A stretch of DNA of 64,000 nt from an uncultured Chloroflexia bacterium (lineage in GTDB: Bacteria > Chloroflexota > Limnocylindria > QHBO01), in the NCBI GenBank assembly GCA_963753125.1, contig CAVWAU010000004.1, positions 54,445 through 118,444 on the forward strand, read 5' to 3'. Position 1 is the stretch's first letter; each line of letters begins with the position of its first letter. Below are positions 18,087 through 26,555 of this stretch, in pieces. The position numbers were made by a program, and so were the translations under genes. The notes beneath the pieces are model-generated. The model was given only the letters and a program-made list of their open reading frames with translations. It was not told the origin of the DNA and did no database searches.

Positions 18087-19174
18087 TCAGCCGAAGGTGA
18101 AGCAGTATGCCTCGACGCCCGGCTCGAGGAACTCGATCTCGAAGACGCGCTCGGAGATCGGGCCCTGCTGCCGGATCAGCTGGTAGAGGCGCTGTTGCTG
18201 CGCTGTGCCGTCTCCCGACTCCTCGACGTCGGAGCCGTGGGAGGCACCCGGTGCCTGGCCATCGAGGCGAACGCGGAACGGCACGGAGGTCCCGCGCGCG
18301 GCGGGCCCCATGACGAGGTGCACGTCGCGGGCATGGAACCGGAAGGCGATGCGTCCATTGGCGTCATTCAGGACGGCCGCATGCTGCGCGATCGTCCAGT
18401 TCCCGATCGGCGCCCATCGGTTGAGTCGGAGGCCGGAAGCCTCGGGGTATGCGTGCGCCGTATCGGCCTGGAGGTCGTCGGGTGACGCGAAGCCCGTGGT
18501 CCTGCCGTTGCCGAGATACGTCTCCGGTGAACGGAGGTTCTGCCAGTCGGCATCGGCCTCGAGGCCGTCGGGCGCCGACCTGGACCAGCGCGCCGTCGAG
18601 GCCCTCGGCTCCAGCGTCCATCAGCAATTGCTGAATGACCATCTCGGTCATGGCGAACTCGCGCTCACCGTAGTGGTGGTAGCGAAGGCGGCCCTCCGCA
18701 TCGGCGATATAGGTGGCCGGCCAGAAGTTGTTGGCGAATGCTCGCCAGACCGCGTAGTCGTTGTCGAGCGCGATCGGGTACTCGACGTTCTCATCCTTCG
18801 CCGCGGCGATGACGTTCTCGCGGTCGTGCTCGAAGCCGAACTCCGGGGTATGGACGCCGATGACCGTCAGGCCCTGGTCGCGATACTTCGCTTCCCAGGC
18901 GCGCACGTACGACAGCGTCCGCAGCCAGTTGATGCAGGTGTAGGTCCAGAAGTTGACGAGGACGACGCGACCCCGGAGTGCCTGCCGGAGTCAGCGGCTC
19001 CGAGTTGAGCCAGCCCGTCGCGCCCTCGAACCCCGGGAGGCGACCCTCATCAGGCAGCGTCGCCCCGCCGGCCTCCTGCCGGTGAATCAGCGAGCGGATG
19101 AGTTGGCCAAGTTCGGAGGGTGGGGCCAGGTCGGCGGTTTCCGTGCTCGGCTGCGCTGGCGTGGTGGTGGTCAT
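18087..19174 (-). pseudogene. DipZ-like secreted thioredoxin/redoxin-domain protein, disrupted (two frameshifts; CxxC reads CINW)
   Basis: Three frame segments on the minus strand. N-terminal MTTTTPAQ...GWLNSEPLT (GGAGGA RBS, ATG at 19174); a Trx-fold segment LRGRVVLVNFWTYTCINWLRTL...WPATYIADAEGRLRYHHYGEREF; and a C-terminal domain ...EADADWQNLRSPETYLG...VHLVMGP...YQLIRQQGPISERVFEIEFLEPGVEAYCFTFG* ending at 18087. Joining them requires a +1 shift near 18975 and a -1 shift near 18555. Confidence 0.65.
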
Positions 19175-19190
19175 GTCTCCTCCGGACGGC

Positions 19191-20438
19191 TCAGTTGGCT
19201 GCCGTGCGCAGCGATGTGAAGGCTGTACGCAGCTCGGCCGAGAGCAGATCGGGCTGCTCCCAGGCCGCGAAGTGGCCGCCCTTCTCAAGCTCGTTGTAGT
19301 GGATCAGCTGGGGATAGGCCCGCTCAGCCCAGCTTCGCGGGGCCTGATACTGCTCGCCGGGAAAGACGCTCACCGCCACTGGAATGCCGACACCCTTGGC
19401 GTTGAAGAAGCCGCCGCGGTACTCCCAGTAGAGACGCGATGCGGAGACCCCGGTGTTCGTCAGCCAGTACAGCGTGATGTTGTCGAGGACCTCGTCCCGC
19501 GTCAGCTCCCTGGTCGTGCTCGCCGTCCGGCCGAGGGCCGCGACGACCGCTGCCGCGGGCTGGCCGCCGGCATCGTTGTGGTCGAGAAGCCAGGCTGCCA
19601 GGCCGACAGGTGAGTCGGCGATGCCGTAAGCGTTTGCGGGCGTGACGCCATCAACCTCGCATAGTCGACCTGCTTGAACGTCCTGACCAGCTGCTCGTAC
19701 GCCCGATGCTTCCTCGGCGGAAAGGCCCTCGGGTGGCGGGTCGCCGGCAAGAAGCGCTCTATCCACATCGGCCGGGACGGTGCCTGGCATGTTCGTGTGA
19801 ATTGCGAGCAGCCCTTCCGGTGCCTGCAGGCCCATCTGGTCGACGACGAAGGCACCCCAGTCGCCGCCCTGGGCGACATAGCGGGTGTAGCCCAGACGCT
19901 TCATCAGCTCAGCCCAGGCGCTGGCTATACGTTCGGGGCCCCAGCCGGGGCTCGTTGGCTTCCCGGAGTATCCGTATCCGGGCATCGACGGGATGACGAC
20001 GTCGAAGGCATCCGATGCGCGCCCTCCGTGGGCGGTCGGATCGGTCAGAGGGCCGATGATCTTGAGCTGCTCGATGATGGAGCCGGGCCAGCCATGCGTG
20101 ACGATCAGAGGCAGGGCGTTATCGCTCTTGGAGCGAACGTGGATGAAATGGATGTCCAGCCCATCGATCTCGGTGATGAACTGCGGCAGCGTGTTGAGTT
20201 TCGCCTCCACCTTGCGCCAGTCGTATTCGGTCGCCCAATAGCCTGCAAGTTCTTGGATGATGGCCAGCGGCACGCCCTGCGACTGGTCGGCGACCGTCTC
20301 CTTCTCGGGCCACCGTGTCATGGTGACGCGCCGCCGCAGCTCCTCGAGGGACTCATCTGTGACCTTCGCCATGAACGGACGAATGGTCGTTTCGTCGCGC
20401 GTGGCCGAGCGTTGTGGTGTTGGAGCGATGGTGGACAT
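19191..20438 (-). CDS. epoxide hydrolase (alpha/beta hydrolase with EH N-terminal domain), copy 1
   Basis: 415 aa. IRPFMAKVTDESLEELRRRVTMTRWP is the EH N-domain and HGWPGS is the oxyanion motif. AAGGAGG precedes the ATG. Confidence 0.85.
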   Translation of the reverse strand: MSTIAPTPQRSATRDETTIRPFMAKVTDESLEELRRRVTMTRWPEKETVADQSQGVPLAIIQELAGYWATEYDWRKVEAKLNTLPQFITEIDGLDIHFIHVRSKSDNALPLIVTHGWPGSIIEQLKIIGPLTDPTAHGGRASDAFDVVIPSMPGYGYSGKPTSPGWGPERIASAWAELMKRLGYTRYVAQGGDWGAFVVDQMGLQAPEGLLAIHTNMPGTVPADVDRALLAGDPPPEGLSAEEASGVRAAGQDVQAGRLCEVDGVTPANAYGIADSPVGLAAWLLDHNDAGGQPAAAVVAALGRTASTTRELTRDEVLDNITLYWLTNTGVSASRLYWEYRGGFFNAKGVGIPVAVSVFPGEQYQAPRSWAERAYPQLIHYNELEKGGHFAAWEQPDLLSAELRTAFTSLRTAAN

Positions 20439-20485
20439 GGCTCTGCCTCCTTGGCGCTCGGACGCCTGCCCGCGCGCGGCCTCAA

Positions 20486-21689
20486 TTACCGCAGTGAGCT
20501 GAATGCAGCCCGCACTTCCTCGGAGAACAGCTGCGGCTCCTCCCAGGCGGCGAAGTGGCCGCCCTTCTCGGCCTCATTGAAGTAGGCGAGGCCGGGGTAG
20601 ACCGCCTCGACCCAGCTGCGCGGGGAGGCCCAGATCTCGCCTGGGAACGTCGTGAAGCCGACCGGCACGCTGACCGGCGGGGGGGGCTGGCCGCTGGCAA
20701 GCGATGCGGCGAGCGCTCGTGCGTCCTCCCAGTAGTTTCGGGCCGCCGAGACTGCGGTGCCCGTGATCCAGTAGAGCGTGATGTTGTCGACGATGCTCTC
20801 CCGGGTGAGGCCGCCCACGGGCGCCCCGTCGACGAACGCGCGCGGAGATCTTGTAGTAGCTGTCGGTGTCGTGGTCGAGCATCCAGGCCGCCAGCGCGAC
20901 GGGGGAATCCAGCAGGGCGTAGCCGATCGTCTGTGGCCGCGTTGCCATCTCCAGGAAGTAGCCGAAGCCGTCCTGCCTGAACGTCCCGACCGCCTGGGCC
21001 GCCTTGCGCTCCTCTTCGGACTCCCTGGGCAGTTGATCGCCGATGGCGAGCACCGCCGTGAGCAGGTTCAGGTGGTAGCCGGCCAGACCTTCGACCGCCT
21101 GGCGGCCCATCAGGTCCGTGACGAGCGCACCGACGTCGCCGCCCTGGGCTACGTAGCGGGTGTAGCCGAGGCGGTGCATCAGCTCCGCCCACGCGCGTCC
21201 GGTTCGGGCGGCGTCCCAGCCGAGCTCGGTCGGCTCGCCGGAGAGGCCGTAGCCGGGCAGGGACGGCAGCACCAGGTGGAATGCGTCCTCGGCTGTGCCA
21301 CCGTGCGCGGTCGGGTCGGTCAGCGGGCCGACGGTCTCGAGCAGCTCGATGACCGAGCCGGGCCAGCCATGCGTCACGATCAGCGGCAGCGCATTCTCGT
21401 GGCGCGACTTGACGTGGATGAAATGGATCTCCACCCCATCGATCTCGGTCTTGAACTGCGGCAGCGCGTTCAGCCTGGCCTCGATCCGACCGAAGTCGTA
21501 GTCGGTCGTCCAGAAGCGCGCCAGCTCCTTGGTCGTCGCCAGCTGGACGCCCTGCGATCGATCCTCGACGAGCTCCTTGGTGGGCCAGCGCGTCGCCGCG
21601 ATACGCCGGCGCAGATCGTCGATCTGCTCCTGTGGAATCTTGACTTGGAACGGCCGGATATCGGTCGCGATGTCAACGGCGATGGTCAT
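20486..21689 (-). CDS. epoxide hydrolase, copy 2, with an apparent 1-bp insertion near 20843
   Basis: MTIAVDIATDIRPFQVKIPQEQIDDLRRRIAATRWP...HGWPGS...DSYYKIS, then a shift, then RAFVDGAPVGGLTRESIVDNITLYWITG...EKGGHFAAWEEPQLF. An extra base sits in a GCGCGCG / CC run. GAAGGAGG RBS and ATG at 21689. Confidence 0.75.
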
Positions 21690-21812
21690 GACGACCTCCT
21701 TCGGGAAGGGACCTGAACGCAGCACGGATCTCGGTCGTGACGACGTCCGGCTCGGGCGGCCAGGCCGCGGAATGGTGCCTCTCCACTGTGGGCCTGCGGC
21801 CGCGAGACGACA

Positions 21813-21826
21813 GTGACCGCGGTCAC
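21813..21826 (+). promoter_or_regulatory. CRP/FNR-type palindrome GTGACCGCGGTCAC (GTGA-N6-TCAC)
   Basis: Perfect 14-bp inverted repeat in the 254-bp divergent intergenic region, about 118 bp upstream of the Crp/Fnr-family gene and about 124 bp upstream of epoxide hydrolase copy 2. Confidence 0.45.
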
Positions 21827-21943
21827 CAAAGTCCTTGCCCGGGTGTCTATTCTTTGTAGGGGGCCGCGATCGGACGGCACGGATGACCATCGGAACCCCA
21901 ACCAGATCCGCCACTTGCCGGCCGACCCTCCGGGCGGCCGGCG

Positions 21944-22610
21944 GTGACGTCGAGGAGTGCGTTGGGGGATAGCTTCCTGGCCGACGTGGATCCGCGCGTC
22001 GTCGATGCCCTGACGCGGCGAGCCGTCGTTCAGCACGTCGACGCCGGTGAGGTCTTCGTCTCGGAGACGGACTCGCAATGGACGGGGATCGTCCTCTCGG
22101 GAATGGCGCGGATCTTCCTGCGAACCCCATCGGGTCGCCAGGTCACGCTTGCGCACCGCGACGGCCGGCGGATCGATCGGCATCGCGGCCGTGTTCGCGG
22201 CGGGCTCGATATCGGCCCAGGCGATCACGGAGTGCGAGCTGCTACGCCTGGACACCCAGAAGCTCGTGAAGCTGGCACACGCCCATCCGGACCTGGCGAT
22301 GGCGATCGCCCGCGAGCTGAGCGTCCGCCTGATCGAGACGTATCGCGAGATCGTGATCCAGGCCCATGGATCCGTGCACCAGCGGCTGGCACGCCAGCTG
22401 TTGCACCTCAGCTCCATCCGGGGTCCTCAGCGCCACCTCGCCGTGAAGATGAGCCATAGCGAGATCGCGGACGCGGTGGGCTCCGCCCGGGAAGTGGTCA
22501 CACGCCACTTGGACAGGTTCCAGGCCGATGGGATGCTGCGGCTGGAGCGTGGCCAGGTCACCATCGTGGATCCCCTTCGCCTCCACGAGGCCGCCAGGGA
22601 CACGGGCTAG
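21944..22610 (+). CDS. Crp/Fnr family transcriptional regulator, with an apparent 1-bp insertion near 22170
   Basis: The N-terminal cNMP-binding segment (VFVSETDSQWTGIVLSGMARIFLRTPSGRQVTLAHRDG) and the C-terminal segment with HTH (SIGIAAVFAAGSISAQAITECELLRL...KMSHSEIADAVGSAREVVTRHLDRFQADGML) are in frames offset by +1. Confidence 0.7.
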
Positions 22611-22777
22611 CTTTAGCGCGACCGATTCGTGGGGTATCGCGATGAGTCCCTGTCAGGGACCTGCCCCCGATGGACATGAGCAAGGTAAGGGTCGTGCAAG
22701 TCGTCTGTCGCGCCAGCCTCAGGAGGCTTCAGAAGGCACCACGGATACCTCCAAATCGCCGCAGCTGAAACGAGTGG

Positions 22778-24161
22778 GTGACGAGAACCGTCCCAGCACA
22801 AATGTTCCACTCCCATCGTCACCTCTCCGTTGGAATCGTCGCAGTGATCCTCGTGTGCCTCGGCTGCACCTCGCCCGCCGCGCAAGATGGCCAGGTCCCA
22901 TCGGCCACACCGGACGCGACGCCGAGCCTCGACGCGAACTCTCCACAGCCGTCGGACCAGGCGAGCACCGACGGGCTCGTGGTGCGGCTCGATGGTGCGG
23001 GCGAGGCCGGCCGGGTCCACCTCCTCACCGTTTTCGCCGATGGTCGCGTCGTCATCGCAAGACCTGACGGCCAGGGCGGGATGAGTGCACCCGTGGAGCG
23101 GCGCCTGACAGCGGCCGGGGTCGAGCTTGTTCGTGACGAGTTGGCTGCGACTGGCCTGACCGATAGCGTCCGCCAACTACATGCCCGTCGCCAACCCTGG
23201 CGTCGAGGCGCCGGGATACGGCGGCGCGGGTCCTTCGCTGGAGGTCGGCCTGCCCGACGGTGGGAAGGCGGTCATCACCTGGTACCTGTTCGCCGATACC
23301 GAGGAGGACTACTTCCAGCCGCAGCCGGAGGCCGAGGCGCTCGACGCCCTTGCCGCGCGGCTGTCGAGGCTCGAGGAATTGCTCCCGGCGGACGCCTGGG
23401 TTGATGGGAGCAGCGATGCCCCACCGCTCGCGTTCGAGGCACCCGACGGCATCCTGCCGCCGAACAGCATCATCGCAGTGGTCGCGGATGGCCTGCAGCT
23501 GCGTTCCGAGCCAGGTCTTGCCGCTCCGGTGACGGGCCTCGCATCGACAGGCGACCAATTCCAGGTGCAGGGTTGGTTCGGACCTGTCGAGCGTGATGGC
23601 CTCGACTGGTACAGGTTGGGGTCGTCGACGGTCGGCGACCTGGATGAGTGGGCGGCCGCCGGATCTGGCGCAGACCAGTACCTGGAGCTCGTGCCTCCCG
23701 ATTGCCCCGTGGGGGACCCGGACCTGGCGACGGTCATCAACATGGGTAGCGACTGGGATCGGCTTGCCTGTCTCGGCGATCGGTCGCTGACCTTCGAAGG
23801 CACGTTCGGCTGCGGTGTCTGTGACGGCACCATGGCGGGAGACTTCGAGCCATTCTGGCTGGCGCATCCAATGGTCCCCCAGTTCCTGTGGGCCGACTTC
23901 CTGGCCGGTGTGGGGCCCCTGGGAGTGCACGTGGCGCCCGACTCGGGTGTCGAGTTCCCGGCCGTGGGATCGATCGTGCGCGTGACCGGGCACTTCAGCG
24001 ACCCGGCATCGACGACCTGCTCGATGTCGACGTTTGATGGCGAGCTGGCAATCGCAGTCGATCAGAGGACAGCCGAGCTGTACTGCCGCGAACGCTTCGT
24101 GATCGACGCTCTGGAAGTCACCGGGACCGATCCGAACTACTCCGATCCGTACAATCCCTAG
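22778..24161 (+). CDS. secreted SH3b-like / Cys-rich domain protein (paralog A), probably one gene with a shift near 23180
   Basis: Signal peptide (VAVILVCLGCTSPAAQ). The first frame ends in Arg/Gly junk after ...LTDSVRQL. The second frame (ATG 23181) carries IIAVVADGLQLRSEPGLAAPVTGLASTGDQFQVQGWFGPVERDGLDWYRL (SH3b-like) and a Cys-rich C-terminal domain. It may instead be two separate ORFs (22778-23404 and 23181-24161). Confidence 0.5.
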
Positions 24162-24221
24162 CTGGGCCCTGCGAGGGTACGCTCGATCGCGCGGATGTTA
24201 GTCGGCTCTGGATCGCGGCAA

Positions 24222-24960
24222 TCAGCGACGCTTCATCCCGAGGTAGCGATCGCGATCGGCTTTGTCGAGCTTCTCGATGGAATAGCGGAGCATGACCCGT
24301 GGCATCGTCGAGGCATGGGCGTCGAGGAACGCGGCGTGCCGAGCTTGATCGCGCTTTCCGGCCTCGCGCAGCATCCAGCCAACGGCCTTGGCGACGAGAT
24401 CGTCAGGGTCGTTCGCGAGCGTTTCCGCGATCCGATAGGTGTCGTCGAGCTGATTCCGCCGGATGAATGCGTAGGTGCTGAGGATCGCGGTTCGCCGCTC
24501 CATCGGTCTGGAAGAGCGCGCCAGCTCCTGCAGGATCTCCCGCGGCTGGTCGACCAGGTACTCGCCGACACAGTGGATCGCGCTTCGGTCGACGAGGTCC
24601 CAGGTGTCGATCCGGTCATGCCGCCGGATGTAGAGGTCGAACAGCGTCGCGCCGCCGCTCCGCCGTCGTCTTCCTGTCCCGCGCCTGCCAGTCCATGATG
24701 CTGACGGCGCCGACCCGCACCGGGTGATCGTCGCTCTCGAGCAGCTGCTCGATCTCGGCCGGCGGCATCGCCTGGTACTCCTTGGCCAGCTTGAAGATCT
24801 GGCCCATACCGATGCCCGCGTAAGGTTCGACCCCCTGATGATCCGGCGGGCGCAGGGAGGCGAGATCGTTCATGAACGCCCGCGCCGTGGGAGTCGCATC
24901 GTCCGCCACGCGCCAAGCATAGATAACCTGGTCAGGCGACCTCGAGCTGGGTGTAGCCAA
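24222..24960 (-). CDS. AlkD-like DNA alkylation repair protein (HEAT-like-repeat alkylpurine DNA glycosylase), with an apparent frameshift near 24640
   Basis: IFKLAKEYQAMPPAEIEQLLESDDHPVRVGAVSIMDWQARD, then a shift, then GGATLFDLYIRRHDRIDTWDLVDRSAIHCVGEYLVDQPREILQELARSSRPMERRTAILSTYAFIRRNQLDDTYRIAETLANDPDDLVAKAVGWMLREAGKRD. The start is 24960 or 24873. Confidence 0.7.
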
Positions 24961-25087
24961 CCTCGAGGAAGGCCGGCACCGTCGTCGCCGGAAGCCTGTT
25001 GGTGGCGCGCATAGGAGCGTTCGGAAGTAACACTCCGCGGACCGCGAGCGTCAGTCGGCTATCCCTCTCCACCCTGAGGCCCGAGCC

Positions 25088-26074
25088 ATGCCCGCCGCAG
25101 GCGGTCCCCAGTCCCGGACACATACAGTGCCGGTTGTCAATCGTCGTCTGATCGCCACTGTCGTCCTTGGCGTAATCCTGACCGCATGCCAGGCCGCAAC
25201 CGTGACTTCCCCCTCGTTGGACGAGTCACCGACGCCAGAGCCGAGTGCGAGCAGCCGACCAGAGGCCATGCCTTCGAACATGCAGACGGCTAGCCCGGCG
25301 GCCACGGCGCAGCCCACAGCCTCGCCTGATGTGGCCGTCCGGGCCGACACCGTTGTCGCCACGACGGTCGAGGGGCTATCGGTCCGGCGGAGTCCGGGGA
25401 CCGAAGGCGAGCAGATCGGCTTCCTGGAGCTCGGGACGGTCGCCTTCGTGCTTGACGGCCCTACCGATGTCAACGGCGTGCCGTGGTATCGCGTCACCGG
25501 CATGGGATTGCCGTACCTCTCAGGCTGCGCGACGAACCCTCCCGATCAGCCGATCACCTGTCCAGGATTCGAGGGCTGGGTGGCCGGCGCGAATGAGGCC
25601 GGAGATCCGTGGCTCGCGCCGACGGACCCTGGCGCTTGCCCTGAGCCAACCATCCGGGGAATCAGCGAGGCCGGATACACGTGGCGGCTCGTCTGCTGGG
25701 CGGATGAACCGATCACCTTCGACGCCTGGTGGCCGGTGGTCCCCGACGGGGTCGGCCTTGGTGGGTTCTGCCCGGTGAACAGCGAGCCGGGTGGCTTCCT
25801 CTACTGTCAGGTTAGCAATACCGTCGGCCTGACAGCCTCACCCGATGAAGAGTTTGTGTTCCGCCTCTCCCTGAGCATTGACCCGGCCAGCGGAGTCACC
25901 ATGCCGGCGCGTGGACAGTCGGTCCGCGTGACGGGCCAGTTCGACCACCGGCGGCTGACGACTGCGCTGACTTGGCTCGGCAAGTTGAGGATCCGCTCCA
26001 GGAAGTCTTCAGATGCCGGCTCCAATTCGTGCCCACATCTGTCGAGCCGCTCGGCAGCTGATCCGGCCGACTAG
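25088..26074 (+). CDS. SH3b-like / Cys-rich domain lipoprotein (paralog B); the C-terminus is possibly frameshifted near 25945
   Basis: Lipobox VILTAC. TVVATTVEGLSVRRSPGTEGEQIGFLELGTVAFVLDGPTDVNGVPWYRVTG is SH3b-like. The Cys-rich domain aligns with paralog A. An alternative frame after VTGQFDH gives PAADDCADL..., matching PASTTCSMS of paralog A. Confidence 0.65.
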   Translation: MPAAGGPQSRTHTVPVVNRRLIATVVLGVILTACQAATVTSPSLDESPTPEPSASSRPEAMPSNMQTASPAATAQPTASPDVAVRADTVVATTVEGLSVRRSPGTEGEQIGFLELGTVAFVLDGPTDVNGVPWYRVTGMGLPYLSGCATNPPDQPITCPGFEGWVAGANEAGDPWLAPTDPGACPEPTIRGISEAGYTWRLVCWADEPITFDAWWPVVPDGVGLGGFCPVNSEPGGFLYCQVSNTVGLTASPDEEFVFRLSLSIDPASGVTMPARGQSVRVTGQFDHRRLTTALTWLGKLRIRSRKSSDAGSNSCPHLSSRSAADPAD

Positions 26075-26077
26075 GCT

Positions 26078-26503
26078 TTGCTGGATCCGATGACGCCTGT
26101 ACTCATGCTCGTCACCCTGGGTGGCATCCTCCTTCTGCTGGCTGGATTCGTTGTGCTGCTCTATCGGCTCGGAGGATTCCATCCGACTGCCCGGGAGCGC
26201 CGGAGCTGGCTCATCGCCGGTGCGGTGTTGCTCGCGTGGGTCGTGCTCCTCGCCTTCGTCGGACCCCTGCCGCCATCCATGTCGTTGCTGCTGAGCGGAG
26301 GTACCCTCGTCCTCGCCCTTTGGTGGTGGCGGAACGGCCGTTTTCGCCTCGACGCCGTGCCAGCCGACTCCCGCGAGGAGGTTGCGCGGAGGCGCGAGTG
26401 GATGCGGATGCACCCGGGTCTGCTCATTGGCCTCGGCACCGCCTTCACCGTCCTGATGGTCGTTTGGGCACTCACGGTTGTGCTCGTCACGCGACCCGGT
26501 TAG
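26078..26503 (+). CDS. hypothetical membrane protein (4 TM)
   Basis: 141 aa with hydrophobic helices and a TTG start. Confidence 0.5.
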   Translation: MLDPMTPVLMLVTLGGILLLLAGFVVLLYRLGGFHPTARERRSWLIAGAVLLAWVVLLAFVGPLPPSMSLLLSGGTLVLALWWWRNGRFRLDAVPADSREEVARRREWMRMHPGLLIGLGTAFTVLMVVWALTVVLVTRPG

Positions 26504-26555
26504 GCCTCGCAACTAGAACAGCCCGTCGATCCTGACTGGCGACTACCATCGGGAC

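Noticed and set aside
22613-23176. A 187-aa minus-strand ORF antisense to lipoprotein paralog A.
   Set aside because: It has no motifs and lies antisense to a gene that has a paralog-supported reading frame.
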